A DNA stretch of 17,253 nucleotides from Bdellovibrionia bacterium (GTDB lineage: Bacteria; Bdellovibrionota; UBA1018): positions 1-17,253 of the forward strand of contig JBMSSC010000052.1 in assembly GCA_049424145.1 (NCBI GenBank), read 5' to 3'. The translations under genes and the position numbers were made by a program. The notes under the pieces were generated by a model that did no database searches, had not been told where the DNA came from, and was given only the letters and a program-made list of their open reading frames with translations. Below, piece after piece: positions 8,139 through 16,435 of the stretch. Numbering within the stretch: position 1 is the first letter of the stretch; every line of letters begins with the position of its first letter.

Positions 8139-10195
8139 AGTTCCTCAAAGCTGTCGCTGGCGTTGAAGCCAGGAAGTTCGTTGTGAGCTGCGGATAAAAC
8201 ATTCTCCTGCATCAGAGGGGAGGTTTGAGCAGCGAGTTCTCGTTCGTTTTTTTCAACCAAAATGGGCGAGTCGATCCCAAAGGAAAGGATCCCAAAAGCA
8301 GGAACGTCGATGGAGAATCGATGGGTGACGGCAATTACTGCGTCAAGGGATTCAGCTGTGGGATGGGGCTCTTTAAAAAGCTCGAGATCCGAGTCACTAC
8401 CCGCAAGAGAGATTCCTAGGTCCTCAATTTGCACATCGGAGGGAAACATCACGTCAGCTGAGACTTGTCGCTGAGTGGAGTTTAAGACGAACAAGGCTAG
8501 ACCTCCGGATTTTTTCTCAAAAGGAATGACCATGAGTCGCCCATCGCTCAGCCGGTAGAAGGTGTTTAAATCGGATACCGCAATTACGGAGTCAATGAAG
8601 GTCTGAAGAGCCGATAGGCTTTGAGACGGCTTGCTCGGGGGGTTGGAAAGCTTGGAGTTCTCAAGAGGGGAGGTGACTGAAGTGGATCGCAGTGGGTCGT
8701 AAATGATTAGCTTGCTGTCTCCAATTGAGTAGAGCTTATAGTTCAGCCCATGCTCCATCTCAATGGAGCGGTGTTTTTCCAATGCAAACTCAAGCTCGGT
8801 CTTTGCCGCTTGCGTCATGAGCTTCGTTTTAGGCAGGACTAAGACGCGTCCAGCTTTGAGCCAGGAGAAGAAACTCCTCACGGTGGCTTCAGTTAAGATC
8901 ACGGACGGATCGACGATGAGCAGTCTTGAGTTCCTCTCGTTTAAGACGAGGTCTAACGAGGCCACCATTTTTAAGCTGGGCCCTAGTTTTTGAGAAAACT
9001 CGCTCCACAGTGGTCCGTAGTTCGACCAGAGATGAGGAGCATAGTACTGAGCGCGGACTTTGGATTGAATGCGAAGACTCCCTAAGTACCTGCCGAGGGC
9101 TTCGGTTCGGTTTCTAAACGATTCTGAGAACTGAAACCATTCGGATTCATCCAGAAGAATTCCACCTCGGCTGCCTCCGTGAAGCAGGAGTGACTTGAGA
9201 ATTAAGAACTGCTTTTGAGAGTCACTTAAGTTTTTAAACGTTCCTACGGAGGTCCACTGCACAAACGGAAGAGTAGGGCCTTTGGATCCAATGGAGACCC
9301 GCGCTGCCGACTCTTCAATGGCTCGGGAGAACTTCCAAAAATCAGGCTGACCCGCGGTCATCATTTGTAAAAAGTTCGAATAAGTTGAGCTGGGATCCGC
9401 TTCGGGGGTAAAGAGTTCAAGCTCCAAAACGGGGGTGGTGCTGGATTTTTTTTGGATCACTTGGAATGTGCGCGTTCTAAAAACATCTTCGGATTGTTGA
9501 TAGAACCACTTTCGATTGGACTCCTCCAGTGCACGGGTCTTCCAACGGTTCATGGTTGAGGAGGAACCCTCGATGAATTCGCGTTGGGAGAAGGTGGCTT
9601 CTACGCGCTGACGAAAGGCCACGGAGGCATGAGAGGAGTAATCACCTGCAGGCCCACCAAATAGGTGAGATGAACTTAAGGCTGCGCTTCGATAGTACTT
9701 CCAGAAGCTTCCCGTCACAATTCCCGTGACGTTTTTTAAAAGACTGGGTTGATTCTTTGCAAGATCCGCTAGGATATTGTCAATTCGGACTAAGTAGCTG
9801 TAGTAGCGTTTATTAAATTCCGGTGCAAAAAAACTGGGGAGCGTGTAAGTGTTGGGGGGTAAGTTCACCGGGATTAGGCCAGATTGGACATGAATAGCCC
9901 GGTTTTCTTTTTTTGAGATCACGTCTTTGGGCAGTCCTGAATTGAGATAATGAATCCCAATTTCGGGGCTGAAGATGAGGTACACCTTCATTCTTCGTTC
10001 CGCTGCGGCACCGAGGAAGCGGCTTAAAGTGTGGGAAATGTCGGATTCAATCAGTTGCCAGGGAATGAATGAGCAAATCTGAGAGACTCCCTTGTCCATG
10101 AGCTCGTCGAGCTTCGTCTGAAGCAGGGCAGGCTTGAGTTCCCAATAATTTATCATCAATAAAAGCGGGTGTTGATTGACGTGACTCCGTAACAT
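8129..10195 (-). CDS. Degenerate beta-galactosidase-like (GH35/GH42-type) protein
   Basis: INYWE...GVSQICSFIPWQLIE...LSRFLGAAAERRMKVYLIFSPEIGIHYLNSGLPKDV follows the GH35 N-terminal pattern. LLIVDPSVILTEATVRSFFSWLKAGRVLVL resembles the GH42 trimerisation domain. ATG 10195 is preferred over GTG 10231, which overlaps the RBS of the divergent gene. Confidence 0.65.
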   Translation of the reverse strand: MLRSHVNQHPLLLMINYWELKPALLQTKLDELMDKGVSQICSFIPWQLIESDISHTLSRFLGAAAERRMKVYLIFSPEIGIHYLNSGLPKDVISKKENRAIHVQSGLIPVNLPPNTYTLPSFFAPEFNKRYYSYLVRIDNILADLAKNQPSLLKNVTGIVTGSFWKYYRSAALSSSHLFGGPAGDYSSHASVAFRQRVEATFSQREFIEGSSSTMNRWKTRALEESNRKWFYQQSEDVFRTRTFQVIQKKSSTTPVLELELFTPEADPSSTYSNFLQMMTAGQPDFWKFSRAIEESAARVSIGSKGPTLPFVQWTSVGTFKNLSDSQKQFLILKSLLLHGGSRGGILLDESEWFQFSESFRNRTEALGRYLGSLRIQSKVRAQYYAPHLWSNYGPLWSEFSQKLGPSLKMVASLDLVLNERNSRLLIVDPSVILTEATVRSFFSWLKAGRVLVLPKTKLMTQAAKTELEFALEKHRSIEMEHGLNYKLYSIGDSKLIIYDPLRSTSVTSPLENSKLSNPPSKPSQSLSALQTFIDSVIAVSDLNTFYRLSDGRLMVIPFEKKSGGLALFVLNSTQRQVSADVMFPSDVQIEDLGISLAGSDSDLELFKEPHPTAESLDAVIAVTHRFSIDVPAFGILSFGIDSPILVEKNERELAAQTSPLMQENVLSAAHNELPGFNASDSFEELWN

Positions 10196-10221
10196 GTTAT
10201 CAATTATTACACGGACATTTA

Positions 10222-10227
10222 AAGGAG
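10222..10227 (+). promoter_or_regulatory. Shine-Dalgarno site of the isovaleryl-CoA dehydrogenase gene
   Basis: AAGGAG located 8 nt before ATG 10236. Confidence 0.8.
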
Positions 10228-10235
10228 TCACCTGT

Positions 10236-11396
10236 ATGTGGTTTTTTTCTGAAGAACATCGATTATTACAAGAAACGGTCCGAGAGTTTTCAAAAAAAGA
10301 ACTCTCCCCGAGAATCGATGAGCTCGATTCTCATGAGAATTTTAATCGCGACGCATTTTTCGAGTTAGGCAAGCTGGGCCTTTTGGGCATCACCGTCTCA
10401 GAAGAAGATGGAGGAGCAGGAGGGGATGCTGTCGGTGCCACTTTAATTATGGAAGAAATGGGAGCAGTGGATGCCTCAACCACTCTGTCCTATCTGGCAC
10501 ATGCGATTCTTTGTGTGAATCAAATCGGCTGCAACGGCAGTTTGGCTCAGAAAGAAAGGGTTTTGCCCAAGCTCCTTTCTGGAGAGTGGATCGGGGGCAT
10601 GGGCATGTCGGAGCCGGATGCTGGATCCGATGCTTTGGGAATGAAAACCAAGGCAGTGCGTCAAGGAGATCACTACCTTTTAAACGGAACAAAAACATGG
10701 ATCACCAATGGTCCTGTGGGAGATGTGTTTTACTGCTATGCAAAAACGGGGAGCGGGAGAAAAGACGTCTCCTCGTTTTTAATTGAGCGAGGAACGCCTG
10801 GGTTCTCCACGGGTAAGAAATTTTCAAAAATGGGCATGAGAGCGTCGCCTACGGGGGAGTTGGTCTTCTCCAATTGCAAAGTCAGCGTTGATAGTCGGGT
10901 GGGAGAGGAGGGAGCCAGTATTCGAATGATGATGCGTAACTTAGACTTGGAGCGCATCACGATTTCAGGGATCTCCTTGGGGATTGCAAGAGCTGCAATT
11001 GAGGTGTCCACTCAGTATGCTCAGGAGAGAAGGGCTTTTGGTAAGCCCATTGGTGGGTTTCAACAGATTCAAGAGCGTTTGGCTGAGGCCTCGGCATGGT
11101 ATGAGGCCTGCCGATCGCTGACTTATGAGGCTGCCAAACGGTGGGATCTAGGCCTGCTTCAGGGGCGCAATGCCTCCACCTTAGCGGCTCAGGCAAAGCT
11201 TCAAACGGCTCAGATGGCAACCCAGGTGTCGCTGGATGCCATTCAAATCTTAGGAGGCTACGGCTACACGCGCGAGTTTCCCGTGGAGCGATTCATGCGC
11301 GACGCCAAACTCATTGAGATTGGCGCAGGGACCAATGAGATCTTAAGAGTGATTATTGCGCGTGGGATGCTGGGCGCAGAGGTGGCAGATTCATAA
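10236..11396 (+). CDS. ivd: Isovaleryl-CoA dehydrogenase-type acyl-CoA dehydrogenase
   Basis: MSEPDAGSD, NGTKTWITNGP, KMGMRASPTGELVF and GGYGYTREFPVERFMRDAK. IVD-type signature: Glu in LDLER and Ala in EIGAGT at the MCAD catalytic position. Start set to 10236 from the RBS. Confidence 0.85.
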   Translation: MWFFSEEHRLLQETVREFSKKELSPRIDELDSHENFNRDAFFELGKLGLLGITVSEEDGGAGGDAVGATLIMEEMGAVDASTTLSYLAHAILCVNQIGCNGSLAQKERVLPKLLSGEWIGGMGMSEPDAGSDALGMKTKAVRQGDHYLLNGTKTWITNGPVGDVFYCYAKTGSGRKDVSSFLIERGTPGFSTGKKFSKMGMRASPTGELVFSNCKVSVDSRVGEEGASIRMMMRNLDLERITISGISLGIARAAIEVSTQYAQERRAFGKPIGGFQQIQERLAEASAWYEACRSLTYEAAKRWDLGLLQGRNASTLAAQAKLQTAQMATQVSLDAIQILGGYGYTREFPVERFMRDAKLIEIGAGTNEILRVIIARGMLGAEVADS

Positions 11397-11438
11397 ATCT
11401 TCAGTTGAATCATCCGTTTCAGTGGGAGCGAGGGACCT

Positions 11439-12575
11439 ATGAACTTTCAGTTGACTCCAGTACAAGAGGAACTCAAGCAACTCACCTTGCAGTTTGTTCA
11501 AAAGGAAATGCTTCCCTGGGTGAATCAAGATGAACAGGAGGAGCGCTTTCGTCCTGAGTGGATTGCTAGGCTGGGAGAGCTCGGTTTGACCGGAATTGCC
11601 CTACCGGAAGAGTATGGGGGATCGGCTCTCGGGTACTTGGAGACGATGGTGATGCTGGAGCAGTTGGCGGGCGGCAATCTGGGGTATGCCATTAGCGTGG
11701 CCGTCACCGGGCTTACACAGTTGATCTTAAATCAGTTTGGAAGCCCTTGGCAAAAAGAAAAGTGGATCCCCGGACTGGCTCGAGGCCAGAAGATTGGAGC
11801 CTTCAGTCTCTCGGAAGCTCAATCGGGCTCAGATGCAGCTAATCTTAAAACGACGGCTCAAAAAAAAGGCGAGTTCTATCTGGTCAACGGCACGAAGCTT
11901 TGGACGACTCAAGGAGATTTAGCCGATCAGATCATCTTGTTGGCAAGAACCGGGGGGGCGGGAAGTTCAGGAATTTCAGCGCTTTTGGTGGAGAAGGGCA
12001 CCCCAGGGTTTCGTACCGGCAAGCGCGAGAAGAAAATGGGGCTTCACACCTCGCATACCATGGAGTTGATTTTTGAAAACGCCAAGATCCCCGCATCTCA
12101 CCTCATTGGCAAAGAGGGGGATGGATTTAAAATTGCCATGATGGCCTTAGATAGTGGTCGGATTACCATCGGGGCCTGTGCGTTAGGGATTGCCGAGCAG
12201 GCCTTGGCTGTGGCACTTCATCATGCTCAAAACCGAGAGCAGTTTGGTCAGCCTATTGCCGAGTTTCAAGGGGTCTCCTTTATGCTTGCGGATATGGCAA
12301 CTCAGATTGCTGCGTCGCGTCTGCTGGTTCAAAAGGCCGCCTGGTTAAAGGACCAAAACCAGCCGCACTCCTTGGAGGCTGCCATGGCAAAGCTTTATGC
12401 CACGGATATGGCCATGAAAGTCACCACAGATGCGGTGCAGATCTTAGGGGGATCTGGATATACTCAAGAGTTTCCTGTTGAAAGATGGATGAGAGAGGCT
12501 AAAGTGCTTCAGATTGTCGAAGGCACCAATCAGATTCAAAGATGGGTGATTGGGAAAAAGTTAACTCAGCAATAA
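11439..12575 (+). CDS. Acyl-CoA dehydrogenase (short/branched-chain type)
   Basis: LSEAQSGSD, NGTKLWTT, KMGLHTS, LDSGRI and catalytic Glu in IVEGTNQIQR. GAGGG RBS-like sequence precedes the ATG. Confidence 0.92.
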   Translation: MNFQLTPVQEELKQLTLQFVQKEMLPWVNQDEQEERFRPEWIARLGELGLTGIALPEEYGGSALGYLETMVMLEQLAGGNLGYAISVAVTGLTQLILNQFGSPWQKEKWIPGLARGQKIGAFSLSEAQSGSDAANLKTTAQKKGEFYLVNGTKLWTTQGDLADQIILLARTGGAGSSGISALLVEKGTPGFRTGKREKKMGLHTSHTMELIFENAKIPASHLIGKEGDGFKIAMMALDSGRITIGACALGIAEQALAVALHHAQNREQFGQPIAEFQGVSFMLADMATQIAASRLLVQKAAWLKDQNQPHSLEAAMAKLYATDMAMKVTTDAVQILGGSGYTQEFPVERWMREAKVLQIVEGTNQIQRWVIGKKLTQQ

Positions 12576-12601
12576 TAGCTTAATCAATTTGAGGATGGAT
12601 T

Positions 12602-13903
12602 ATGGCAGTAACAGCAACGCGTCTGGGAAGTTCACCAATGACTTTGGATTGGACTCAAATGAGGATCACTCACAAGTATGATCCCGAGAGTTTTGCTGAA
12701 GTGTGGTCTCAGTTAAAAGACCGCTTTGCGTCTCGAGAGGTGGGGTTTTATGATGCCCCCGTCGATTCTGAGCTCTCCGACATTCAGGCTTGTCAGGAGT
12801 TAGCCGCTCAGGTCCTTCAAAATCCTCAGATCTCCGATTGCCTGTTTTTAGGAATTGGTGGAAGTGCACTGGGTCCCATCAGTCTTCTTTCAGCTTTGAG
12901 AGAAAAATGCTCCACCCGAATCCGATTTCACTTTCTTGAGAACCCCGATCCCCTGGAGTGGAAATCGACTTTGGCCTCTTTACGGCCGGACTCTACGCTC
13001 GTGTGCAGTGTGACCAAGTCCGGCACCACGTTTGAGACGATGGCTCAAACCCTTCTGGCACTGCAGTGGCTGGGGCGTGAGCGCTGGAAGACTCACTTTG
13101 TGGCCATTACGGATCCTAAGAAAGGGGATTTAAGGCAGTTTGCGTCTGACGAAGGGCTAAAGACCTTAAGCATTCATCCATCCATTGGAGGTCGCTTCAG
13201 CGTGTTCTCTTCGGTGGGTCTTTTTCCTGCCGCTTTGGCAGGTCTTTCGTTAGACTCGTTTTTAGCTGGCGCTGCTCAGATTCGAGAGTACATGGATAAG
13301 TGCCCGGGTGAGAAAAACCCAATTTTTATCCTAGCCGATGAATTCATCCGTCAATACCCCAAGCGCTCCACGCATGTGTGCATGCCCTATTCTACGCGCT
13401 TAAAGAGCCTGGGGGCTTGGTTTGTTCAACTCTGGGGTGAGAGTTTGGGCAAAGACGGAAAAGGGTTTAATCCCCTGGCAGCCCTCGGTGCGACGGATCA
13501 GCACAGCATTCTTCAGCTCCTTCGAGATGGTCCAGATGACAAGGTGACCTTTTTTATCACCGTTGACCATGTGGAGGATCCGATCTCGATTCCTAAGGTC
13601 TCAGCTGGAGCAGGTCAGTGGAAAACTTATCCTGCGTTTAAAATCTTAGAGGGTCATAGTCTTCATGAACTCATGGGGATTGAACAAAGGTCCATTGCGC
13701 TGGTCTTAAGCCGACAAACGCGCCCGAGTCTAACGATCCGTTTGGATCGATTGGATGAAAAGTCCATGGGTGCCGTGTTCTTTTTCTTCTCGGTTCTGAC
13801 GGCGTTTACGGGTGAAAAGTGGGGCGTGAATCCCTTTGATCAGCCCGGAGTGGAGGAAGGGAAAGTCTACATTCGGGAGGCTTTGAGTCAACAACGCGAT
13901 TGA
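12602..13903 (+). CDS. pgi: Glucose-6-phosphate isomerase (short type)
   Basis: GIGGSALG, TKSGTTFET, IGGRFSV, QLWGESLGK, DQHSILQ and NPFDQPGVEEGK. GAGGA RBS at 12591. Confidence 0.95.
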   Translation: MAVTATRLGSSPMTLDWTQMRITHKYDPESFAEVWSQLKDRFASREVGFYDAPVDSELSDIQACQELAAQVLQNPQISDCLFLGIGGSALGPISLLSALREKCSTRIRFHFLENPDPLEWKSTLASLRPDSTLVCSVTKSGTTFETMAQTLLALQWLGRERWKTHFVAITDPKKGDLRQFASDEGLKTLSIHPSIGGRFSVFSSVGLFPAALAGLSLDSFLAGAAQIREYMDKCPGEKNPIFILADEFIRQYPKRSTHVCMPYSTRLKSLGAWFVQLWGESLGKDGKGFNPLAALGATDQHSILQLLRDGPDDKVTFFITVDHVEDPISIPKVSAGAGQWKTYPAFKILEGHSLHELMGIEQRSIALVLSRQTRPSLTIRLDRLDEKSMGAVFFFFSVLTAFTGEKWGVNPFDQPGVEEGKVYIREALSQQRD

Positions 13904-13934
13904 CCGAGGCTTTACGGTCCTTTAGACTGAAGTC

Positions 13935-14912
13935 ATGGCAGATGACTCGAATCAGTCTTCGAAGAATCCTTCGGGTAACCCTTCGGCTCAGGCTCAAGAC
14001 GATCGGACGGATAAGACCACCGTGCTTCAGCGGGGAGTCTCCAATACGCTCAGTGTTGAGCTTCAAAAGGCGAAAGAACAGGAAGCTTGCCTCATCATTA
14101 TTCGGGGAACTCCTCAGGGAAGTCGCTTCTTTCTCACTCAACCAGAAATGATCCTGGGGCGAGATTTGAATGCCGAGATTAGTATTTCGGATCAAAGTGT
14201 GTCGCGTAAACATGCGAGGATCACCAAGTCGGCAGGACAGGTGAGGCTTTGTGACCTTGGCTCCTCAAACGGAACGTTTATCAACGACAAAAAGCTCAAT
14301 CCTCATCAAGATGTGATTTTATCTAAAGAGGATATGATTAAGATCGGAAACTCCATCTTCAAATTCCTTCCTGCAGGGGAGATTGAGATTCTTTTTTATG
14401 GAAACTTGGGGTCTGCGGCCCATACCGATTCCATGACCCAAATCTACAATAAGGGGTATTTGCTTGAGGCCTTGGAGGCTGAGTTTAAGCGAGCCAAAGC
14501 ACTTCATACGGATCTCAGTGTGATCTTTTTTGACCTGGATCATTTCAAAAAGATCAATGACACATACGGGCACGATGGGGGCGATTTTGTTTTAAAAGAG
14601 TTAACCCAGCTGATTCGCACGACACAGATCAGGCCTAAGGATGTTTTTGCTCGGTACGGAGGAGAGGAGTTCGTGATTCTCTTAGGCAATACTGCCTTAA
14701 AATTTGCCGTTGACTTAGCGGAGAGGATTCGTGCGTCGATTGAAGCTCATGCTTTTATTTATGAAGGCAAGCGAATTCCCGTGACCGTGAGCATGGGCGT
14801 GGCCGAGCTTCGGGCCGGTGTTGAGGCATCATCCACTTTGCTGAAAGCGGCAGATCAGGCGCTTTATGTCGCTAAGTCTCAAGGGCGAAATCGTGTGGAG
14901 AGCGCTCCCTAG
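13935..14912 (+). CDS. FHA-GGDEF diguanylate cyclase (Bdellovibrio DgcB-like)
   Basis: FHA motifs ILGR, SVSRKHA and DLGSSNGTFIN. GGDEF motifs DLDHFKKINDTYGH, RPKD (RxxD I-site) and RYGGEEF. Disordered N-terminal tail. Confidence 0.93.
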   Translation: MADDSNQSSKNPSGNPSAQAQDDRTDKTTVLQRGVSNTLSVELQKAKEQEACLIIIRGTPQGSRFFLTQPEMILGRDLNAEISISDQSVSRKHARITKSAGQVRLCDLGSSNGTFINDKKLNPHQDVILSKEDMIKIGNSIFKFLPAGEIEILFYGNLGSAAHTDSMTQIYNKGYLLEALEAEFKRAKALHTDLSVIFFDLDHFKKINDTYGHDGGDFVLKELTQLIRTTQIRPKDVFARYGGEEFVILLGNTALKFAVDLAERIRASIEAHAFIYEGKRIPVTVSMGVAELRAGVEASSTLLKAADQALYVAKSQGRNRVESAP

Positions 14913-14948
14913 GGTGAAAGCCCCTCGGTTACCGTTTGCTCGTTAGTC

Positions 14949-16424
14949 TTAGCTTTTGGATTCATCTAACTCTGAAATTGCAGCTTTAAAATCCGCTTGT
15001 GCTTTTTGAAACTCAAGAAGGGTATCGATTTGTTTCAGGGCGGCTTCCCAGGTGTTTTGTTCCCGAATATTCACAAAAAGTAAGTTACTGTCCCCATGAA
15101 AAAATCGGGTCCGCTCGCCTGCTTCTAAGGATTTAGCCAGGAGCAGCTCTTTTTTGGCAAGCTCCACTCGTTTTAAGGACCATTCGATGGCTTGCTGGGC
15201 ATCGGTGATGGCTGTGCGGACGCGATCGCGTTGCAGCTGGAGAATGGACTGGAGGCGATCGAGTGAGGCTTGCGTACTTTGTTGCCTGCCGCGGGGGGAG
15301 CGGAGTAGTAACGGCATCTCAAAATTTAAGGAGACTTTAAGTTCGCCCGGGTAGTCCGTGGGCACAAGAAACTTAGGCACGTTGGCTACGCCTAGGTCTA
15401 ATGTGCCTCCTACTTTGAGGTTGAGCTTGGGCAGAACCAGGTTCTCCGATAGCTTGAGCTCCACTTCGGTCTGTGACACCTGACGATCCAATCGTCTGAG
15501 TTCAGGGTTACGAGCCACATAAGTGACCATGAGGTCTTCAGTCGTTTTTTGAAGCTCCGCTGTTTGTTCCTTAGAGGGCTCAGGAAGAGCTTCAGGAAGC
15601 TGGGCGGGGAGCGGAACCTGGGGGTTACCATCCGACGAGCGATAGAACAAAGAGAGCTCGAGGGCTGCTTTTTGAAGCGCTCGTTGAGAGGCCACCTCAG
15701 CACTTTGGCGCTGAAGGATGGTGCGCTCATTGTCAGACTTTTCAAAAACGGGTGCGTCACCCTGTTTGACTCGACTGCCTAGGGCTTGGTCTCGGTCCTG
15801 AGCCACCTTCACCATGCTTCGGGCAATCTCGAGTTTTTTTCCTGCAGCTGCCCATTCCCAGTACTTAATTGTGGCTTGACGCTCAATCTCAATTCTCTGA
15901 CTCAGCAGTGAGGCTTGTGCCATTTGCAGGCCTCGTTCACTGGTTTGGAGCTTCCCGCGGCGCTCATCGATGCTGTTGCCTCGAAGTAAGGGAAGCTCCA
16001 CGCCTCCGTAGACTTCACCTCCTGAGAATGTGGCAAGCTTCCCATCGTAGCTAGCAAAGTCCCCTTGCCCTAATCGATAGCGGGCAATGAATTTAGTTCC
16101 TAGGAAGGGGGTTGGCTGCTCAATGGTCGCATCCAAAAAAGTGTTCTGATAATACCCGTAGGGCGTGTGGGTTGCATCGAGTTTGACCTGAGGATCGAAG
16201 CCTCCTTGAGCCGAGAGGAGTTCGGCTGAGGCTTTGGCCACATCTCGAAGTGCTGCTTGGATGAGCGGGTAGTGCTGAGAGGCCGAGTTTTGAACGGCCT
16301 CAGGCGTGAGTTTCTCCAGGCGGGCTTCAGGAGTGGGGGCTGGGTTGGCAACACTCAGGGTACATGAAAAAAAAGCTAAGATCCTAAGACTCCAAACCAA
16401 AGAAGGGGTTCCGACTAAGATCAT
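14949..16424 (-). CDS. TolC family outer membrane efflux protein
   Basis: N-terminal hydrophobic leader and two outer-membrane-efflux-like repeats (GGFDP...VELPLLRG; LPKLNL...FEMPL; ERTRFFHGDSNLLFVNIRE). AAGGA RBS; starts 11 bp after the adaptor stop. Confidence 0.88.
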   Translation of the reverse strand: MILVGTPSLVWSLRILAFFSCTLSVANPAPTPEARLEKLTPEAVQNSASQHYPLIQAALRDVAKASAELLSAQGGFDPQVKLDATHTPYGYYQNTFLDATIEQPTPFLGTKFIARYRLGQGDFASYDGKLATFSGGEVYGGVELPLLRGNSIDERRGKLQTSERGLQMAQASLLSQRIEIERQATIKYWEWAAAGKKLEIARSMVKVAQDRDQALGSRVKQGDAPVFEKSDNERTILQRQSAEVASQRALQKAALELSLFYRSSDGNPQVPLPAQLPEALPEPSKEQTAELQKTTEDLMVTYVARNPELRRLDRQVSQTEVELKLSENLVLPKLNLKVGGTLDLGVANVPKFLVPTDYPGELKVSLNFEMPLLLRSPRGRQQSTQASLDRLQSILQLQRDRVRTAITDAQQAIEWSLKRVELAKKELLLAKSLEAGERTRFFHGDSNLLFVNIREQNTWEAALKQIDTLLEFQKAQADFKAAISELDESKS

Positions 16425-16435
16425 GATGATTTTCC

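Noticed and set aside
10194..10235. Longer N-termini from the ORF track (10194 on +, 10231 on -) giving a head-to-head overlap
   Set aside because: The strong AAGGAG before ATG 10236 and the domain boundaries favour the shorter, non-overlapping starts.
14912..14934. Small GAAA-loop hairpin and CGGTTACCG palindrome between the cyclase gene and tolC as a terminator
   Set aside because: The stem is only 4 bp including a G-U pair, with no adjacent U-tract.
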